DNA of 64,000 nucleotides from Prochlorococcaceae cyanobacterium (lineage in GTDB: Bacteria > Cyanobacteriota > Cyanobacteriia > PCC-6307 > Cyanobiaceae): NCBI GenBank assembly GCA_044238185.1, contig JBIIDV010000004.1, positions 415 through 64,414 of the forward strand. The letters are read 5' to 3'. Below, piece after piece: positions 46,540-55,618 of the stretch. Made by a program: the position numbers and the translations under genes. Within the stretch, counting starts at the first letter, position 1; each line of letters opens with the position of its first letter. The notes under the pieces are model-generated. The model had not been told where the DNA came from. It worked only from the letters and a program-made list of their open reading frames with translations, and did no database searches.

Positions 46540-46567
46540 GTCCTGCTTTTTTGCCACTGATGGGTCC

Positions 46568-48913
46568 TCAAAACGAGACTGGACTGCGATCATTTCGCCA
46601 GCGCAGGGTTTCGGTGATTTGAAAGCGTTCGGCCCACAGCTGTTCTAGGCGGCACCTGTAACGATTGCCAACGACCCCAGTAGAAAACTGATCCCGGTAC
46701 AGAGATGGAGACAATGTGGCCGCATGATCGGAGCTTTTTCCTTGAGCCAAGATCTGTTGGGCAACCTCGCGGATTAACAGGACGGCATGGTTGACATCAG
46801 GCTCGGCCCACTGATGCCCATCGGCGCAAGGATAGGCTCCCCGGGGAATCGGGACCCTCTTGAAACGCACAGGATGGGCCAAGGGACCGGTGCAAAAATC
46901 GGTATTACCTCCGAATTCGGTGGCAATCACGTGTAGCCCTAGTTGGAGAGCTTCGGCAAGTCCTCGTCCAAAGCCTTCAGATCGATGAAGGGATACAAAA
47001 ACATCGCAGCAGCCGTAGAGCTGAAGTAATGCATCCCGTTCAAGATGACCAACCACAAGATGGATGCGGGGATCTTCCGCAACGCGGGCTTGCAGCCAAT
47101 CATAGTCAGGGTTAAATCGACGGGGAGGGAAGGTCTTGATCATCAGCGCTACCCGACCTGCTACTGGATCGCCCTGATCAAGGGGGAATGCTTGCTGAAA
47201 GGCCTCCAGTACGCCCATAGGGTTTTTCCGTGATGCTGTGGAATTGAAGTCAAATCCAAAAGCAAAGATCACGTCTTGATCAGGCAAACCATGAGATCTG
47301 CGGGTTGCATTGCGTGTCTGTGATGAAATGATCTGTGCAAGGTTGGCAATCTCTACGGCCATCGGCATCTGGTGAAGTGGGCGATCATCTCCGCTGTAGG
47401 GCAGCAGCGCTCGAGCCGTGAATGCACTGGAGGGCCAGATCTCATCGGCGACTTGCAGCAGAGGGGTCCAGACATCCGGCCAGGTTTCTGTTTCCCATGG
47501 CCAGCTCACCAAGGTGTAACGCTCACGGAGGCCAGTGAAGCCCTGTTCGAGCAACCATCTGGCCTGAATCGGTGCAGCCATACAGATCAGGTTGAAGGCG
47601 TAGGGGCCGCCTTTAACGTCCGTGTGTAGCAAGCCTGCCAGGCTTCGATCAGTACGAGCGGCTCCATTACCCGCTGGGTGATCGATCACACAGCACGGCA
47701 CATCAGCTGCCAGCAATGCTCTGGCCGCCATACGGATATCCTCCCCGATCCCAAACACATCAAAGGCGTGACCGATGAGATTGACACCGAAGGGACGCTG
47801 CTCAAATCTCTGCTCTATCTGTGCTGGCCTAGGTTCTGCCGCTGTCAGTGTTTGGAGCAGAGGGAATGCTTGCGCTTCTTCCTTGATGGCATCCACAAGT
47901 CGACGATGGGGACCTGCAGGGGGCCCAGGCGCCTTGATTTGCAGCTGGGGGCGAAAGGCTTGCAGGAGCTGCCCCGGTAGGGAGCGATGCCAGCCAGTGG
48001 CAGCAGCTTCGGCTTCGGCGGCAACCAGAGCTGGAGTGCTTTCAGGTTCAAGCAGCCAGTCACGACGCAACTGTGCATAGGCTGATGGCTCAAGGTGGAG
48101 TGCGGCTTGGCGAAAGATTGAATCCAGATGCTCCTGCAACGACAGGTCCAACGGCAGGGAGGCGATGCCGAGTGTTAGTTCAAGAGCGTAGTTCTGAAGT
48201 CGGGTTATCGGAGCAACACCGAGATAACGAGCCAATAGGCTGGTGGCTTCAAGTGCAACTTGGCTGCGTTGTGAACTCGTGATGGTGTGTTGATGGATGC
48301 GCGTTGTAGCTTGCTGGTAAGGGATATAACCAATGCGATCAGGGAATGCATTAAATGCCCTCAGCCAGTACTCAAAATCAAAGGCTGTTCGAAACGATGC
48401 GTCGAATGGCCCCAGCATGATTGCCATTGAGCGGCGCAAAACCACGGTTGGCTGACAGATGAAGCAGTGGCTCCGAAATGCCTTTAGGCCGGCCTTGGGG
48501 GGCAGCGTGGGATAGCGAAGGCGACTCCCTGAATCGCTGTGGAATTCGTTCCCCTCTCCGTATACCATCAACCAATCGGGATGTATTTGAAGGGCTTGAA
48601 CAGCGCGGTTTAGTGCACCGTCTGTATAGATGTCATCGGCATTCAACCACCCGATCAACGTTCCCCTTGCTGCCTTGAACGCCTTGTTCAGGGCGTCTGC
48701 AGGACCTTCATCTGGCCCGCATAGCAGGCGTATCCGAGATTCTCGTGCAGCTTGATCTTTGAGGATTGATAGGCTTCCATCTGTTGAACCTCCATCGACA
48801 ACCACCAGCTCTAGGCATTCAGGCTGTTTCAATACGGACGCAATTGCTTCTTCCAGAAATGGACCTGGATTCAGGCATGGCATTAATACCGAAACAGGAG
48901 AGCTTCTTCTCAT
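46568..48913 (-). CDS. bifunctional glycosyltransferase (N-terminal GT2 + C-terminal GT4/GT1-fold)
   Basis: The N-terminus has VSVLMPCLNPGPFLEEAIASVL...LVVVDGGSTDGS...GWLNADDIY (GT2). The C-terminus has VFVSLHRSEGFGRGLAEALQLGLHVIATEFGGNTDF (GT4 EX7E region). Confidence 0.75.
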   Translation of the reverse strand: MRRSSPVSVLMPCLNPGPFLEEAIASVLKQPECLELVVVDGGSTDGSLSILKDQAARESRIRLLCGPDEGPADALNKAFKAARGTLIGWLNADDIYTDGALNRAVQALQIHPDWLMVYGEGNEFHSDSGSRLRYPTLPPKAGLKAFRSHCFICQPTVVLRRSMAIMLGPFDASFRTAFDFEYWLRAFNAFPDRIGYIPYQQATTRIHQHTITSSQRSQVALEATSLLARYLGVAPITRLQNYALELTLGIASLPLDLSLQEHLDSIFRQAALHLEPSAYAQLRRDWLLEPESTPALVAAEAEAAATGWHRSLPGQLLQAFRPQLQIKAPGPPAGPHRRLVDAIKEEAQAFPLLQTLTAAEPRPAQIEQRFEQRPFGVNLIGHAFDVFGIGEDIRMAARALLAADVPCCVIDHPAGNGAARTDRSLAGLLHTDVKGGPYAFNLICMAAPIQARWLLEQGFTGLRERYTLVSWPWETETWPDVWTPLLQVADEIWPSSAFTARALLPYSGDDRPLHQMPMAVEIANLAQIISSQTRNATRRSHGLPDQDVIFAFGFDFNSTASRKNPMGVLEAFQQAFPLDQGDPVAGRVALMIKTFPPRRFNPDYDWLQARVAEDPRIHLVVGHLERDALLQLYGCCDVFVSLHRSEGFGRGLAEALQLGLHVIATEFGGNTDFCTGPLAHPVRFKRVPIPRGAYPCADGHQWAEPDVNHAVLLIREVAQQILAQGKSSDHAATLSPSLYRDQFSTGVVGNRYRCRLEQLWAERFQITETLRWRNDRSPVSF

Positions 48914-49451
48914 TGATGTCTTGATCTCAACTTAAATTGACCACGAATTAGCTTGAAAAAATCATGTCTTGGACTTCTTCTTTCTGAGTGTTCAGCCATG
49001 GAGAGCATGTTGGGTGGCATGGGTTGAAGGCCCGTCGAAGTATTAACTCTAGGAGCAAAACGTCTAATCAGCTGCTGAATGGTTTCATGATGGCTGCGAA
49101 GATCTCCGCAAAAATATTTATTGTTTGTGCCTGGTGTCGAGGCCAATACTCTTCTTCTCCAGTTCGTTTTCTGAGCCATTGAAATGCCGTACCATCGAGC
49201 AGCGATTTTTCATTGATGCAACCACAACACTTAAGTGCGAGCACTTCTCCCTGTTCTGCCTGGCTGAATTGAATGCTCGGAAGCTCTAGATTACTAGTCA
49301 ACGTGTGCAGTTTGATCCCGATCAAGCTGGCTGCCTGATTTAGTTCTGTATCCGATTTAATCTGCAAGGGCACAGCTTGAAGAGAAACAGTAGATAGGGA
49401 TGGAACTACAGCATCAATAGCTGCAACCAGTTTGGCCTTGTCTTGATCCAA
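48910..49451 (-). pseudogene. two overlapping ORFs in different frames (49068..49451 and 48910..49179): possible frameshifted gene, product unknown
   Basis: ORF A is 127 aa and ORF B is 89 aa. They overlap by 112 nt. The ORF B stop overlaps the ATG of the downstream GT gene (ATGA), which argues that at least its 3' part is translated. I recognise no family. Confidence 0.25.
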
Positions 49452-49563
49452 TTATGACGAGCAATAAGCAATCATTAATCTTTAAAATTCAGAGCCTTAG
49501 TGCTGAGTGTTATCCTACCCTGTTGTGACATGCAAGTCTGAGTGGAGCGGTTTATGATTTGGG

Positions 49564-50466
49564 CTAGACCCTTAGATAGCCATCTTTGCTGAGATCGTCC
49601 CTAAAGTTTTTCCAAATTAGTTCTTCGACAAGGTCTTCACCAGGAATCTGATCGTTCGCCTGTCTTACATGGCCAGGGTGAAGAAAACTTGTTTTGTCAT
49701 GCAAGTAATTTTCTTGTTTGACCTTGCTCGCCCGATCCAGCATGGCTTCGAAGCCAAGCGTTTCCTTTAATCCAGCCCATGAGTTTGGAGCAAGTTTCAG
49801 TCCTAAGAACCGCGCTATCTTTGAAGTGGCAGCTTTGGTGTCAGAGCGAATCACATCTTCGCGAACGAAAAGAACGTTTGATAAGCGCCTCTTTTTCTTC
49901 TCGACACCGATTTCTCTTCGAATGATCCGAATGGCATCCTCTGGCTCTCGATCAGGCTTATAAAACGTACTTGCCTGGCTATTATTGACCATACGCCACC
50001 ACGACTTGGCAACACTGGGATAGTCTCTGACAGTGACAATAGCTTTGGCTTTCCCGTCCGAAAGTAGGCCGGGGATATCATTTTCGAATCTGTGAATCTT
50101 AATGATGCCAACAGTTTCTCGACCACTTGCTTCGACAAGATTAAGAATTGAACGAGGAGAGGCTAGTTCTCTCTCCCACGCGCAAATAACGTTTTGAGCA
50201 ACTGCTCCGGCCAATAATCTCAAAGTATTATATCCGAACGTCGAAGCTGTTCTAATGCCGCCGTAGCTGACCCAAATAGGTGTTTCAGAGAGCTGGCTTA
50301 CGGCTTCGCTGTAATTGGTAATCAGGCAAAGAGATCTATCTAGCCTCAGGCCGTAATCCTGAATTGATGAAACAATCGATTTAAACTCTCTACTCGGGCG
50401 AAGATCTTCGAGCCTTCGATTAATTGCCTGAGATAGTCCCAAATTCCTAGGCCGGCTTCCTCCCAT
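49564..50466 (-). CDS. sulfotransferase-like protein
   Basis: AIVTVRDYPSVAKSWW is 3'-PB-like. LFVREDVIRSDTKAATSKIARFLGL matches the common sulfotransferase C-terminal block (…YEDL…FLG). The 5'-PSB (GGIRTAST) is weak and the start is uncertain. Confidence 0.45.
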   Translation of the reverse strand: MGGSRPRNLGLSQAINRRLEDLRPSREFKSIVSSIQDYGLRLDRSLCLITNYSEAVSQLSETPIWVSYGGIRTASTFGYNTLRLLAGAVAQNVICAWERELASPRSILNLVEASGRETVGIIKIHRFENDIPGLLSDGKAKAIVTVRDYPSVAKSWWRMVNNSQASTFYKPDREPEDAIRIIRREIGVEKKKRRLSNVLFVREDVIRSDTKAATSKIARFLGLKLAPNSWAGLKETLGFEAMLDRASKVKQENYLHDKTSFLHPGHVRQANDQIPGEDLVEELIWKNFRDDLSKDGYLRV

Positions 50467-52177
50467 GCTAACCTATGAGGGCCCAAGTCTTAGCGAATAC
50501 ACGGTGCCTAAGAGATTTTGGTTCCAAAATTCGTTGGACGCTATTACTAATATTCTTAATAACGAGAGAGAGTATCTAGAGGCCAAGTCAGAGAAGCAGA
50601 TACGCCTTGAGAGTCAGCATGATTCCGCTGGCTATGTAACTCGAAAAGCGCGTCAGTTAAGACGCTTCGTTTCTCAAACTCTTGCCGCAAAGCGAGCTCT
50701 TGGCGGCCTTGTTAGGCCGCTTTCCATACCTATTAAGGATCCCAAAACATGTTGGATTGTATGTGGCCCTGAAAGCAGCGGAAGCGTGCTTATTGCGAAG
50801 ACAATTTCCCATGCGGTTGGCGCATCAAATCAATTTTCAGATTATAGCGGATATGGCTATAACGGTGAAATGGGCATTGATAATCTTGTTTTGCATCGAT
50901 CTATTCCTTTTCTCAGGCCCAAGAAGACTCACCTCGACCTCTTAGAGGAGATCAGCGTGCTGAAGGAGCACTACCACATTATCAACTACATTCTGACCAC
51001 TAGAGATCCGTTGATTTCTATTATTAGCAAAGCCAACCGTTTTGGCGGAACTCTTGACGAAGGCAGAGAAGATATTGAGCTTGCCCGCGATTTCTTCGTT
51101 TCGGTCTGCAATGAGCCAACTTGCTTTGTCTGGAGCTATGAAACCATGCAGTTGCTCGGCAATGCTTACTTTAAGCGGCTTTATGATTTCTTTGATGTTA
51201 ATTCCGACTTTGTTCCCAGCATTAAAGATGCCAACTCTAAGTATGTGTTGCCAAGCTCTGATATCTCGCTTGACCAGTCGCTTGTCGATTTAGTACCTAT
51301 TGTGTACTTTGTAAATCTCTTTCTTAAGGACGGCGTGCTGCCTGATTACGAAGTTAAAACAATAAATGCATTGCTTAATGCCGTTAATCATTCGGGTTCT
51401 CTCAATGTTAAAGTTGCTGTTATGGTGGACGATTGTGACTATAAATACTTTAAGAGGTTATTTAAGGGCCATGGGGCAGTCTTTTGCGTTTACAAGTTGG
51501 GAACAGATTCCCAGGGTTCAAAACTTCCAAAGCTTCGTGACATACTCCGCCACGAAGTGGTGTCGGACCTACTAGGTGTAGACAAGGTCAATTCTGCTTA
51601 CTGCATATATGCTAATGCTGATATATGCATCCCAACCTACTTTTTTCATTATATTCATCAGCAGATTATTCACGCTAAATGCTGTAGCTATCCAACGAAT
51701 ACTGCAAGGGGTTCAAGTCTTGCAAGTGATTTTATTCCGCCTGATTCATTCGTTATCAATCGACGCGACGTATTAGAAGACTCTTCAGCCCAATTCAGCC
51801 AGCTCGCTTGGCATCCGGGTAGTGATTTATTCGTATTCCCTGCTCGTTTTCTGGTTAATATGAGCTTTGGAGATGTTACGATCGGTCTGCCTCCAGTGGC
51901 TCCCATAATTTGGCTGAATCTTCTGCTGCAATCGCAGAGAACTATTCATATCTCAGATTCTTTTATTACCTGGCATTATGGTAATGACCAGAAGTGGCGA
52001 TCTGACGAAGTCCAAGCTGAAATTGACGCCAACACGCATGCTGCAGCATGCGCATTCTGGCAGCTAATTGGTGGTGACAAAAATAAAATCGACTCGATAA
52101 GATTTGATGATTCAATTAATTCTCGAAACCTTCGAGCAAAAGCGCTCCTCTTTGCCTCCTTAGCAGAACCTAAATAA
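50465..52177 (+). CDS. two-part protein: N-terminal sulfotransferase-like P-loop region + C-terminal uncharacterised (GT-A-like?) region
   Basis: The N-terminus has CWIVCGPESSGSVLIAKTIS (P-loop) and YILTTRDPLISIISKANRFG (RDPxxxxxS). The C-terminal ~300 aa include VKVAVMVDDCDY and IYANADICIP but are otherwise unrecognised. The coding sequence is very AT-rich. Confidence 0.4.
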   Translation: MLTYEGPSLSEYTVPKRFWFQNSLDAITNILNNEREYLEAKSEKQIRLESQHDSAGYVTRKARQLRRFVSQTLAAKRALGGLVRPLSIPIKDPKTCWIVCGPESSGSVLIAKTISHAVGASNQFSDYSGYGYNGEMGIDNLVLHRSIPFLRPKKTHLDLLEEISVLKEHYHIINYILTTRDPLISIISKANRFGGTLDEGREDIELARDFFVSVCNEPTCFVWSYETMQLLGNAYFKRLYDFFDVNSDFVPSIKDANSKYVLPSSDISLDQSLVDLVPIVYFVNLFLKDGVLPDYEVKTINALLNAVNHSGSLNVKVAVMVDDCDYKYFKRLFKGHGAVFCVYKLGTDSQGSKLPKLRDILRHEVVSDLLGVDKVNSAYCIYANADICIPTYFFHYIHQQIIHAKCCSYPTNTARGSSLASDFIPPDSFVINRRDVLEDSSAQFSQLAWHPGSDLFVFPARFLVNMSFGDVTIGLPPVAPIIWLNLLLQSQRTIHISDSFITWHYGNDQKWRSDEVQAEIDANTHAAACAFWQLIGGDKNKIDSIRFDDSINSRNLRAKALLFASLAEPK

Positions 52178-52180
52178 CTA

Positions 52181-53095
52181 CTAGCTTGACATTATTCTGT
52201 CATTGAGATCCTCGTAGCCAATCATGTTAAGTTGCTCGCTGTACTTGTTGCAAAAACGCCTCAACATCTTTGGCTCAAAATATCGTTCAAAATAATTCGA
52301 CTGGGCAATTGGGAAAAATAAATCGTTGGCATTCTTGGCCTGTTGACAGGCTTCATTTTGGTGACCAAAGGCAGCTGCTAGAATGCCAGGATCACAATCA
52401 AGAAAAAGAGATAGCTTGGAAGAGATTTCTCGATATTTATCAGCTGAATCCACGATGTCTTCAAAACGGATGCGTAGTAGCGGCTGGTCGGCTTGGCTGA
52501 ATGATGTATAAAACTCAAGCCATGTGCCAGATCGCGCTAAAAACTGAGGAATGCATGTATCTGATGCTGAAAAAATCTCGAGAGCTTTGTCTAAAGCGCC
52601 CTCTTCTCGAAGCTTGTTTAGGTTGAAAATCTCTGGATTGAGTACATCAGACTCGGAATAGTCTGGATAGAAATGCTTCAGTGTTGCAATCTGATTTGCT
52701 GTGAGCCGCTTATTTAGACTGGCGGAATACCGAAGGTAGTTGGTTGAGCTTAAGAGAGTATCAAAGGGATTCCGAATGATTACAACGATGGAACTGATTG
52801 CTGAGTTCCTGCTGTTCCAGTTGTAGTTATTGGTTGAATAGGCTAAATGGGTTTTGATGTGACACCTGCAGCTGTCAAGAAAAGGGTTGGCTGCGAATGC
52901 ATTGATCTCCAACCTGTTGATATCTTCTTGATTCTGATACTCATATTTGGGCGGCATCCAGGCTGGATCGACGATCTTTCCAGCATAATTAAGAGTTTCA
53001 TTGATAAGAGTATTTCCGCTTTTGGGAAATCCCGCCAAAAAAACTAGGCCATTGCCGTTTGTCGGAATCTTGGTGGTTGACTCTGTCATGGCCAA
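52181..53095 (-). CDS. sulfotransferase (Sulfotransfer_1-type)
   Basis: LVFLAGFPKSGNTLINETL is the 5'-PSB (PKSGNT), followed by HIKTH. VVIIRNPFDTLLSSTNY is the 3'-PB. LRIRFEDIV is also present. This is the clearest sulfotransferase in the window. Confidence 0.75.
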   Translation of the reverse strand: MAMTESTTKIPTNGNGLVFLAGFPKSGNTLINETLNYAGKIVDPAWMPPKYEYQNQEDINRLEINAFAANPFLDSCRCHIKTHLAYSTNNYNWNSRNSAISSIVVIIRNPFDTLLSSTNYLRYSASLNKRLTANQIATLKHFYPDYSESDVLNPEIFNLNKLREEGALDKALEIFSASDTCIPQFLARSGTWLEFYTSFSQADQPLLRIRFEDIVDSADKYREISSKLSLFLDCDPGILAAAFGHQNEACQQAKNANDLFFPIAQSNYFERYFEPKMLRRFCNKYSEQLNMIGYEDLNDRIMSS

Positions 53096-53213
53096 AGTTT
53101 AGCAGGCGCTGCCGTGGGTATTATCTAACTGCTTCTTGGTTGTCATTCCAAAAGCAAATGAAAGACATATTCAAGTGGTCGTGATGACTCTGGCTAAGGC
53201 TCTTGGCAGACAA

Positions 53214-53245
53214 CACAGGGGGGCCGATGGGCTCCGCCCCCTGTG
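53214..53245 (-). terminator. GC-rich stem-loop downstream of the HU-like gene
   Basis: cacaggggg (53214..53222) and ccccctgtg (53237..53245) form a perfect 9-bp stem with a 14-nt loop. It lies in an otherwise AT-rich spacer. Only a weak T-run (TTGT) follows on the minus strand. Confidence 0.35.
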
Positions 53246-53282
53246 GACTGGCGCTGCTCTCTTGTGCGCGCGGCTCTGTGCG

Positions 53283-53513
53283 CTATTTAATCACAATTTT
53301 GCCGATGGTCTTTGGCTTGCGCTCTTTGCCATCGGGAGACGGCTTTGGTGTTGTTCTGCGTGTCTTGAGAGTCATTGTTGGAGTGAAGATATCCTCCTCT
53401 TCTTTGATGGCGTCTGTAAGGATCTGAATAAATGCAGTGACTGCCGAAGCAGAATCGGCCTGACTCCGGCCGCTTAGTTGTGAATACTTGGTGACCATCT
53501 GCTCAAAATTCAT
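53283..53513 (-). CDS. small divergent HU/IHF-fold DNA-binding-like protein
   Basis: The 76-aa sequence is MNFEQMVTKYSQLSGRSQADSASAVTAFIQILTDAIKEEEDIFTPTMTLKTRRTTPKPSPDGKERKPKTIGKIVIK. Its first ~40 aa are collinear with HU helices 1-2 (MNKxELIxxIAxxxGLSKKDAxxAVDAFxxxIxxAL). The rest is basic with a shortened Pro-containing arm. Confidence 0.5.
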   Translation of the reverse strand: MNFEQMVTKYSQLSGRSQADSASAVTAFIQILTDAIKEEEDIFTPTMTLKTRRTTPKPSPDGKERKPKTIGKIVIK

Positions 53514-53794
53514 GATTAATAAGGCCGAAGAGTGACGGAGGGGGTGGATGTGCGCAATTGGTGCAATTGGAGTGAATTGCCGATTGCTGCTCCTACCTTA
53601 TCATGTCCGGACCGCAGCTCAAGTCAATCCATCACGACCCTACAGTCTAACTCTGCAGGAGTATCTGTGAATAGATTAGGGCTGCCGATTGATTCTGGCC
53701 CTGTTCCAGATGGTAATGAGAGCGATTGTCTTGCTGATGCGCTATCTGCCCCATTGCCCGTGTTGTTGCGCATCATGCAAGTTCTTTGCTCGAA

Positions 53795-55564
53795 TCAGAC
53801 TGGCTTTGGTCTTGGCATTGTCATGAAAACTGCTCGGCCGGCGCCGATGCCTTCGCGCTCGCGCTCGGGTTTGTCGGGCTTGAATGTGTCAATCACCACA
53901 TCATCATCATTGTAGATGGATTGATCATCGGCTGAAATTCGCCTGGCCCAGCGACGCACAAACTGATGTCGGCTCCAAGCGCTGTGACCATATCGTCCAG
54001 GAGCTCGCCCTTCGCTGTGAACCACTTCACTGACATGGGAGCTCAGGCAATAGTGTCTCCCCTCAATTTTTAGGAGGCGCAGGCAAAGATCAATATCTTC
54101 CTGGCTATTGATGTAGCGGCAGTCCAGTCCTTGCACATTGGCGAAGTCGTGAGCACGCATCGCCAGGCACGCGCCTGTGAGTGCTTGCAGGCGATGGGGT
54201 CTTTGCACACAGGGGAGGTTCACTGGTAAGCCCGCATACAGTGGATAACCCAGTGTCTGCCCCTCGTGGAACACCACGCCCAGGCTTTGCACGGTGCCAT
54301 TGGGCTTCACCAGTCTGGGTTGGGTGGCTGCAACAGCATCATCCTGGAGTGGCTTGATCAGCCCGTCCAGCCATCCGGAGCTAACGCGGCAGTCGTTGTT
54401 GAGAAGCACAAGCCAGTGTCCTCGAGTCGCGGCAAAGCCGAGGTTGCAGCCCAGGGCAAATTGCAAATTTTCTCCGGGCCACACGGCCCGAATCCGCGCA
54501 TCACAATCGCGGTGCTTGATGAGCACGTTCTTGCTTCCTTCAGTTGCATCATTCATTACTGCTATTGCCTCCCATTCCCATCCGTTGTTGGCTTCCCTCA
54601 AGCTCTGCAAGCATGCATCCAATTCCTGGGGGTCTCCATACACGGGAATCACAATGCTCACTAGATCTGGATTCCGTTTTGTCTTCTTTTGTTCAGCCCA
54701 ATTGATCCGCTCTTCATTCCAACGCCAGAACCGTGCCGCCATTAATGGGCTCGCTAGGTCGGGAGCCAGCGCCTCCAGGCAGTTGAGCTGGGCTCCGTCC
54801 ACCGATCGCCGTGGTTGGCGCAGAGCTTTCTGCCATTGTTCCCAGTTTTCAGCTTGAAGCGTGCCATCAAATCGTGTGATCAGATCGTTGGCCAGCTGTT
54901 CCCACTCTTCATGTTGAAGCTGTTGAGGGTCTGGAAGGCCATTCACCTTCAGTTTTAGCTGATCGATTGTGATCGCTTTCAGTGCCCGTGTTGTTGGCTC
55001 TTTCCCAGAAGATTCTTTCTTTGTTGCGCCTTCTTCTGCACACCCTTCTGCTAGTACGACTGAGCCCCATATTAATTTATAGAACAAGCCTGTGATCACG
55101 AGTGGCATGGAGGTGCCCAGCAGTACGACGCCGTCGGCCGGTTTCGAAGCCACCTGCTGCCAGGCCCAATCTGCTAAACCGCCATCGCTGCTGGGCAAGA
55201 CCAGTGTGGTTGATTGCTGCTTCTGATCGCGGCTGCAAAGGCTCGGCTTCATTTGCCCTTTCCCTGGGTCAATGACTGCCACCAGCCTTGCGGCATCAGG
55301 TTGCTTCCGCAGCACCATCGAACGCTCCCTCAAATACCCATTCCGGGACACTTCTAGGAGGCGGCCCACCGGTAGGCCGAGCAGGGGATTGGCCCGCAGG
55401 GCAGCCGCGTAAGCTTTGATTGCGGCTTGCCATCGCTCTTCTTGCTGCCAACGATTGCCTAAGATCAGTTGAGAAACTACGGAGTCGTCTGATTTTGGTT
55501 GGCCGGTTCTTTCTTGGAGCGCCTGGGTCCTGTTGATGTTTTGCATAAATCCAGGGGCTTTCAC
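53795..55564 (-). CDS. GT2 glycosyltransferase with ~290-aa N-terminal extension
   Basis: VSIVIPVYGDPQELDACLQSL, LVLLNNDCRV and NSQEDIDLCLRL are GT2 (rhamnosyltransferase-like) blocks. I did not recognise the N-terminal part. Confidence 0.75.
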   Translation of the reverse strand: MKAPGFMQNINRTQALQERTGQPKSDDSVVSQLILGNRWQQEERWQAAIKAYAAALRANPLLGLPVGRLLEVSRNGYLRERSMVLRKQPDAARLVAVIDPGKGQMKPSLCSRDQKQQSTTLVLPSSDGGLADWAWQQVASKPADGVVLLGTSMPLVITGLFYKLIWGSVVLAEGCAEEGATKKESSGKEPTTRALKAITIDQLKLKVNGLPDPQQLQHEEWEQLANDLITRFDGTLQAENWEQWQKALRQPRRSVDGAQLNCLEALAPDLASPLMAARFWRWNEERINWAEQKKTKRNPDLVSIVIPVYGDPQELDACLQSLREANNGWEWEAIAVMNDATEGSKNVLIKHRDCDARIRAVWPGENLQFALGCNLGFAATRGHWLVLLNNDCRVSSGWLDGLIKPLQDDAVAATQPRLVKPNGTVQSLGVVFHEGQTLGYPLYAGLPVNLPCVQRPHRLQALTGACLAMRAHDFANVQGLDCRYINSQEDIDLCLRLLKIEGRHYCLSSHVSEVVHSEGRAPGRYGHSAWSRHQFVRRWARRISADDQSIYNDDDVVIDTFKPDKPEREREGIGAGRAVFMTMPRPKPV

Positions 55565-55618
55565 TGACTGCGCCCGGGCTCCGTTTACATTAATCCTGCA
55601 CCTGGAGACGTGTAAGGA

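Noticed and set aside
53136-53915. Plus-strand ORFs 53136..53477, 53203..53427 and 53532..53915 around the HU-like gene
   Set aside because: They overlap the better-supported minus-strand HU-like and GT2 genes, or they fill spacers with Cys/Leu-rich sequences unlike real protein.
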